Assembly: GCF_009914755.1 (NCBI RefSeq)
Contig: NC_060935.1
DNA length: 64,000 bases
DNA from: the human T2T-CHM13v2.0 reference genome, Homo sapiens
Direction: 5' to 3' (one strand)
Shown: piece by piece, positions 28,997 to 64,000 of the stretch
Layout: every line of letters starts with the position of its first letter
How positions within the stretch are numbered: the stretch's first letter is position 1
Notes under the pieces: generated by a model
Told to the model about the DNA's origin: nothing
The model's database searches: none
What the model saw: only the letters and a program-made list of their open reading frames with translations
Made by a program: the position numbers and the translations under genes

Positions 28997-31900
28997 GTGA
29001 GTATTTGTGCTACTTTAATGCCTTGGAAGTTAAACTTTGCTAAATATTCAGAGTATTAATTTGAACTCTGTAAAAGAAATCACCTCCAATGAAAGTCTAC
29101 AAATTATTACATAGTGCCAACATACCAGAAAATTAAGTTATTTTTGTGAAATATGTCTGCGAAGCAGATTTTTACACTTTTCTAGTCTAGAGTTATATAA
29201 ATAATTACTTAGAGCTTCATGAACATTTATAAGGCATTAGGCATGGCGTATAATCATTTGGAACTTAAAGTCAAGTTATAATAAATGTTCCGATATTTTT
29301 GATAAATGGTGGATTTAAATCTTACCTTGTCAAAGTCTTAAGTTTCTTAAGATGTCACTGTCGTACCCAGGTGCTATAAAATGATAAGATTTGATAGAGC
29401 TTTCTGTTGTCTTAAAAGTCTAGCTTGGGGAGATGGATTGATGTAGGTAGATGTCTCAACTTGTTTTAGATGCGATGATTAAGCATTCAGTTGCTTTGTC
29501 AGCAATCTCAGTATTCATGTACAGCTTCTGATTTCTTCACTCTCACCTTTCTTCTCCCTTACATTAGTTTCAGACATTAGATGGAAGATGTCATTCCAAG
29601 AACTATTTTCTTCAAGAGTTCTGTAAAGGGGAAGGGAGGAAGAAACAAAGACGTGCATCTATCAGTTGGGAGGGAAAGAAAGAGCATAAAGGGTTAAAAA
29701 GAGGTTTTCATTTCTACCACATGCCCTATTGTGCGAACATATGCATAAGTCTATTGAAAGTTTTCCGAAGATGGGCAGGCCACCAGTTGCTGGTCTCCTG
29801 CAGTTCCAGTAGACATCTGTTGCCCCAGAGCATTAACCAATCTGTTCAAAGGGACATCCCTCCTTTGTTAGCTAGAGGGATGCAGACAACAGCACTCACT
29901 CAAATACAGTGGTAATTAAATACACAGAGACTGCAGCAGTAGGTATTTATTACATATTCATTATTTTATTTTTATTGTTCTCATAGTATTACCATTTGGA
30001 TAACAACCAGAACCCACTTTTATGGCATTGTAACTTTACATTACAAACAAATAAGTCGGCTTAACAAGTTTATGGTCTAATATTCCTGATTAATATGAGG
30101 CTCTTTAGAATAGAAAAAAGATTTTTTTTTTTAATCTGATTTGAGACGAAGAATTATCCAAGTTAACTAATGAGAACTTTCAGAAAATTTGGTCACTCGA
30201 TGGAGGAATTTCAGTGTGTGCAATAAATTTCTAGTGAATAGCCATTATGTTGTAAACCTGCATTCAGCTAGTACAAAGTTTCTTTTTGATAATTAAAAGA
30301 ATTAGCTACACTTCATCATCATCTACAAAATTAGCATGAACATTTAGTTCTTTTTCAACAAATAATATTATTTAATTTTCAACTTGCCTTCTAGCAAGAA
30401 AAATTGAGTTTCCAATACAGTATCTGGAAGGAATTTATAGATTTATAATTATAGAAATCTTCACAAATCACTATATATTTGCCCAGTTCCTTTTGTGTTC
30501 AAGAATATAGTGTCTTTAGGTCAATTACAGTGGAGCCCTGATAATACAGCTTAAAAATTAGCTGCATTTCTTGGAGTTTTTTGATAACTATGGGAGTAAA
30601 AACTGACCTACTTTGTGAAACTTGGACTATGCTGCTTCATGAAATGAGCAAAATTACCCTTATCAGTTAATATTTCATTGATTAATTTAAGATGGTTTAT
30701 ATGAGTTTACGTTTTAGTAAATGCAAACTTAAAAGTCTAATAATTTTTTAAGAAATGAAAAGTATTTTCTACTTTACATGTAATAATACATTTTGTGTTG
30801 TTAATGGTCTTTTCCGTTCTTTTAAAAGTTATATTAATCATTTTTAAAGAACTGAACGAAAATAAAGATTATATACCATTCTTTCTTCTTAAGTTTCTCA
30901 TAGTAATTTCTTGTAAGTTTTACATATTTCATTATATTAACAAATACTGCAGCCTATTTAAATACCTTGTTTTTAAATCTTTATCATGTAGCTTTTCATT
31001 GAATGATTTCAAGATATTGCCAAATTCTGGGTTGTTTTTAGGTGCCCTATTAAGTAAGGGCAATCGTTTGCTAATTACAAGTGGGTGAGGAAGCATTCTA
31101 GAGATCAAAGTTTTAAAAACCAAATCTTTACCATTTGGATCAATACAAATCAGGTTATTTCAAATTTGTAGTATGTTTATAGGCATAGAAATTGAACTCA
31201 TTTGTCCCTATTTGTACTGTTTCTGTTTAGCCTCTTGTTTTGCAAGGACTAAAAATCATTTAACTGCTTGTTTAGTACACGATGACATTGGATAACCTTC
31301 TCTGAGCTAACCAATGAAATCTAGAAGATGAAGAGAGGCCTGTCAGTGTGAAAAAAGTTCAACCAGAATATTTTAAGACAAAACTTATTTGCCTAAAAAA
31401 ACTGGATGTTAATTTCTTTTTAAGTAGGTTAGGCTTACATTTATCCTTAGCATTAAAAAGTCAACCTAATTATTGTAAACTTTTTACTTAAAATTGTGTG
31501 CAAATTACATAAATTATCACTTTAAAAATATGTGGTAGTCACTAAATACATTGGTATACAAATGAGGTTTGTGTGATTTAGTTATTAAAAAAAACTGAAA
31601 ATCCTATTTTCCGCCTTGTATCATGATAGCCATATAATAAAATTACATGGTATAGTAGGTTTAGGTAGTATCACTGACACTTTTTTAAAACATTAGATAG
31701 AAGATATAGAAAGATTTAAATACCTTTTAAAGTGATTGATTTTCAGTTTAAAAACTTTGCAGTATCTGATTTTGTTACTTTGAAAAATGTGAAAATAATT
31801 TCACTTATCCTTTAAGCAGAACATTTTGTTCTAATATTTGTCACTAGTTGTATTTTTCATAAGGTATTCATCTTGTCTGGTGTAAAAGAAAAACAAAAAC

Positions 31901-33096
31901 AAAAGCAAGCCCCAAACTGCTCAATATTAAATAATATTTCCTAGGTCAATTCAGGGATTTGGTCAGCAAGTCATTATCTTGAAGAATTATCTCACAACAG
32001 CACTTATACAAAACCCAAACTTTTCAGGGGAGATCAAAAATGTTGCCCATTAAATGCACTTCCTGCAGTCAGAGCAGATTGTGGGGTTTATAGAACAATG
32101 ATGTCGGAGCTTCCAGATTGGTTTGGCAGCTGCATTGTTCTCGGAGGGTAAACCAGACGCACTTAAGTCCCAGTCTCTTTTATAGGCTTTTGTTCATACC
32201 AAATTATTCTTTCACTGTGCTAGCATTCATGATGGCATGTTAAAGGCGTGCAGCTTAGCAACCAGCTTCTGGTTGCCAAGCAGCCCAGCTTCCAATAGGT
32301 TTTCCTCGTTTAAGATACTTTTGGTGGGAGCGCCATGAAGGCCATGGTGTGGACTTTTCTTAACTGTATCCCTTTATTAGGATGCTGCTGTGATTTGTTA
32401 CTTGCATTATGGTGTTAGTATATTACAGTAGTTAATAAATCACAGGGTGTAAAAATCTGTTTTTAAAATTCCTTCCTTCAATTCTAAGTAATTGGGCTCA
32501 TGCATATCTATATTAATAGGAAAAAATTGAAGTGGATACAACTTCATAATGAAGCAGTTGTATACAGAGCTCTCCTAAGGGATATTTCTTTTTATGAGTT
32601 GCCAATCCAGAGCTAGGGGAATTGATATTTCTTTAAAACTAATGAATCCTGTATTAGTAGAACAATGATATTAAAGTTGTCTATCTTCTCAGGGAATAGG
32701 CCCTGAGGAAACTCCTGTAGAAGTGTGTAGGAGTTCTACACTGAGGGAATGTTAAGTGTATTATCAAGCTGAAGATTCCATGTTCTCTTCTCTAGTATTT
32801 ACCATAGTTAATAAAATGTATTTCATTACTTGACTCTCTAATTAAAGTTTACCAGGTATGCTTTCAAATTTGTGACTTCTCAGAAAATCACTTAGCATTT
32901 TCTTTTAACATTTATATAATAGCTATTTTCTAGTGTAAATATGATGTTGAAGAGCTTTAGAAACATTTTCTCAGTTTTCTTTTTCAGGTTAGTTTTAAAT
33001 AGGTGTTTTTATGGCAGTCTGAAATTCAACTATCGCTGGCTTGCTAATGCTGTATCTGCGTAGAATACTAGAATTGCCTTAACAAGTAAATCATGA

Positions 33097-33401
33097 GGCC
33101 AGGCGTGGTGGCTCACACCTGTAATCCCAGCATTTTGGGAGGCCAAGGCGGGCAGATCACTTGAGGTCAGGAGTTTGAGACCAGCATGGCCAACGTGGCG
33201 AAACTTTGTCTCTACTAAAAATATAAAAATTAGCCGAGCATGGTGGCACTCACCTGTAATCCCAGCTACTCAGGAGGCTGAGGCAGGAGAATCACTTGAA
33301 TATGGGAGGCAGAGTTTGTAGTGAACTGAGATTACACCGCTGCACTCCAGCCTGGGCAACAGAGTGAGACTCCCGTCTCAAAAAAAAAAAAAAAAAAAAA
33401 A
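33097..33401 (+). mobile_element. AluS-like
   Basis: Sense dimer; TSD AAGTAAATC..TGA. Confidence 0.92.
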
Positions 33402-34254
33402 GTAAATCCTTGATGTGGATATAGTTCTTACAATGAAGCACCAGAGAAAATAGCTTTATTTTCCTAACCCATTCCTAGTAGAGAAATAACATTTCCAATA
33501 GTCTTTAAGGAAAAATAGTAAAATGGCAGAAAACAAACCAATTTTAAATAGTAAAAGTATTCTTATATGGTGAAAAATAGGAAAAAAGATCACTTTTTAA
33601 CCAAATGCAGATTAATGGCTAGTTAATCTGACATAATACAGGAGGATTTTCTGCCATAAAATTCAAGAAACTGAGATAACATTATTTATCTAATATGCCT
33701 AATTGTTTGCTGCTAATTTTATGTGAGATATCATCTCTGCTTTCCGTAAGTGCAGATAGAATAAAACTTTTACCTTTTCCTGGAATGAAATAGACTGTTG
33801 TTTCCCTGGCACTTAATAAGGATAGCATAATGCTAGAAATTATATTGTGTTACTATGTTCCATAGTCAAAAAATCATGATTACTAGGGCAAAACCCTGTT
33901 CATCTCTTAAGAAGAATTTAACTCACTTTGTAATTATTTAATTCCCTTCTGTCTATCTTAGAATATGTGCTCTTTCATTGCAGTATCTATGTTATTTTTG
34001 AAAGTTCTTTAGATTGCTCTTAAGCTTCATCCAGATTAATAATGATTTTTCAAGTATAAGTTAATGGTTTCTTTCTATGTGGCTTTCTTTTTAAAAGAAT
34101 ATTTATAGATACTTATGAATTCTGTTAGAGAAAAATGTAAATTTTAACCTGTCATGCATATTAAAAACATACTTTTTGATGATATTCTATGTGTCACTCT
34201 AGAATTATAAGCCGTCCTAAAAGTAGAAAAATCTGATCCATCGAGATTGAGAAG

Positions 34255-34430
34255 GAGCATGATATAGTGGGAAAAGCATGGGTTTTAGAATCAGACGAAA
34301 CTGGGTAAAAAAATACAGTTCTACTACTTATTTACTTTGTTGCCTTGGAGGAATTACATGGCCTTTCTAATTTATGACTTCTTCATCTGAAAAATGGCAG
34401 ATGATACTCTCTTGGCAAGGGTGTTAGGAG
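34255..34430 (+). mobile_element. MIR
   Basis: tagtgggaaaagcatgggttttagaatcagac...cttcatctgaaaaatgg. Confidence 0.65.
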
Positions 34431-34556
34431 GGAGGAGAGGATGTAGACAAAATACAAAGTATTTTGAGTAGTTGAGTAATTCTCTTCTGACTTCTCCATT
34501 GAGACAGAAATCTAGCCATAACTATGAAATTCTAAATATTTTACATTTTTCTCTAG

Positions 34557-63557
<29,001 letters not shown>

Positions 63558-64000
63558 AAGATGATGCATCTTTGTGGTGTTTAGTAGTTTTTTGTTCAGC
63601 TCAAATGCTGAGGGAGGTTTGCTACAATAGCACATGTGATCTCCTTCTCAGCAAGGAGGTTATATAGTATCCATTTATGTGAAATACTGTATCATGGAAT
63701 CTGTATGTATAGCCCCACATGGTGGAAGTATCACGGGATTGCTTTACATTTAAACTTTTTTTTTTTAACATTTCCTTTTTAAAGCTATATCCTTGGCTGG
63801 AAATTTTTCCAGTTTGATTTAATAGATGTATCTGTGATCTTTGATATTAATCTTTGGTGCATCAGGGGTTTATATGCAGCACTTTTTATCCTTGTTTTGT
63901 GTTTTATTAACTTGGTGTTTGTCTATCAATTGCAAGCAATTACAATACCTTCAGAATGTGGGACATTTGACTAGACCTAGCAAACTGTTTTTTCGAGCCA
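63558..64000 (+). other. ZC3H12C: Proximal 3'UTR of ZC3H12C (continues beyond the window)
   Basis: U-rich, repeat-free sequence after the stop codon; I found no AATAAA in this segment. Confidence 0.85.

Overview
Primate genomic DNA, almost certainly human: Alu-rich and AT-rich, with MIR, L2, L1, Tigger and MER elements. The window holds most of ZC3H12C (Regnase-3/MCPIP3) on the + strand, an NYN/PIN ribonuclease with a CCCH zinc finger. Five coding exons have canonical GT-AG borders and consistent phases: 34557-35308, 50787-50926, 57078-57312, 61094-61200 and 62161-63557. Together they are 2631 nt (876 codons plus stop) and are followed by the start of the 3'UTR. The canonical first exon lies upstream of the window. 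A candidate internal promoter and short first coding exon (MSLYFPAN, 28973-28996) splices in frame to exon 2. Introns hold about 30 Alus, nested DNA transposons, a roughly 480-bp (TA)n(CA)n tandem array, and a decayed antisense class I endogenous retrovirus (LTR, PBS-like site, splice donor, gag MA and zinc knuckle, RNase H and integrase remnants). The most interesting unexplained structures are an Alu with three or four local fold-back inversions, a two-state hairpin just after the stop codon, a near-perfect unique-sequence palindrome of RFX half-sites, and the motif-rich antisense LTR. I see no evidence for a wholly new gene system. Nearly all other ORFs in the track are repeat or low-complexity artefacts. 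Repeat family names come from recalled consensus features, not a database search, and repeat boundaries are approximate.
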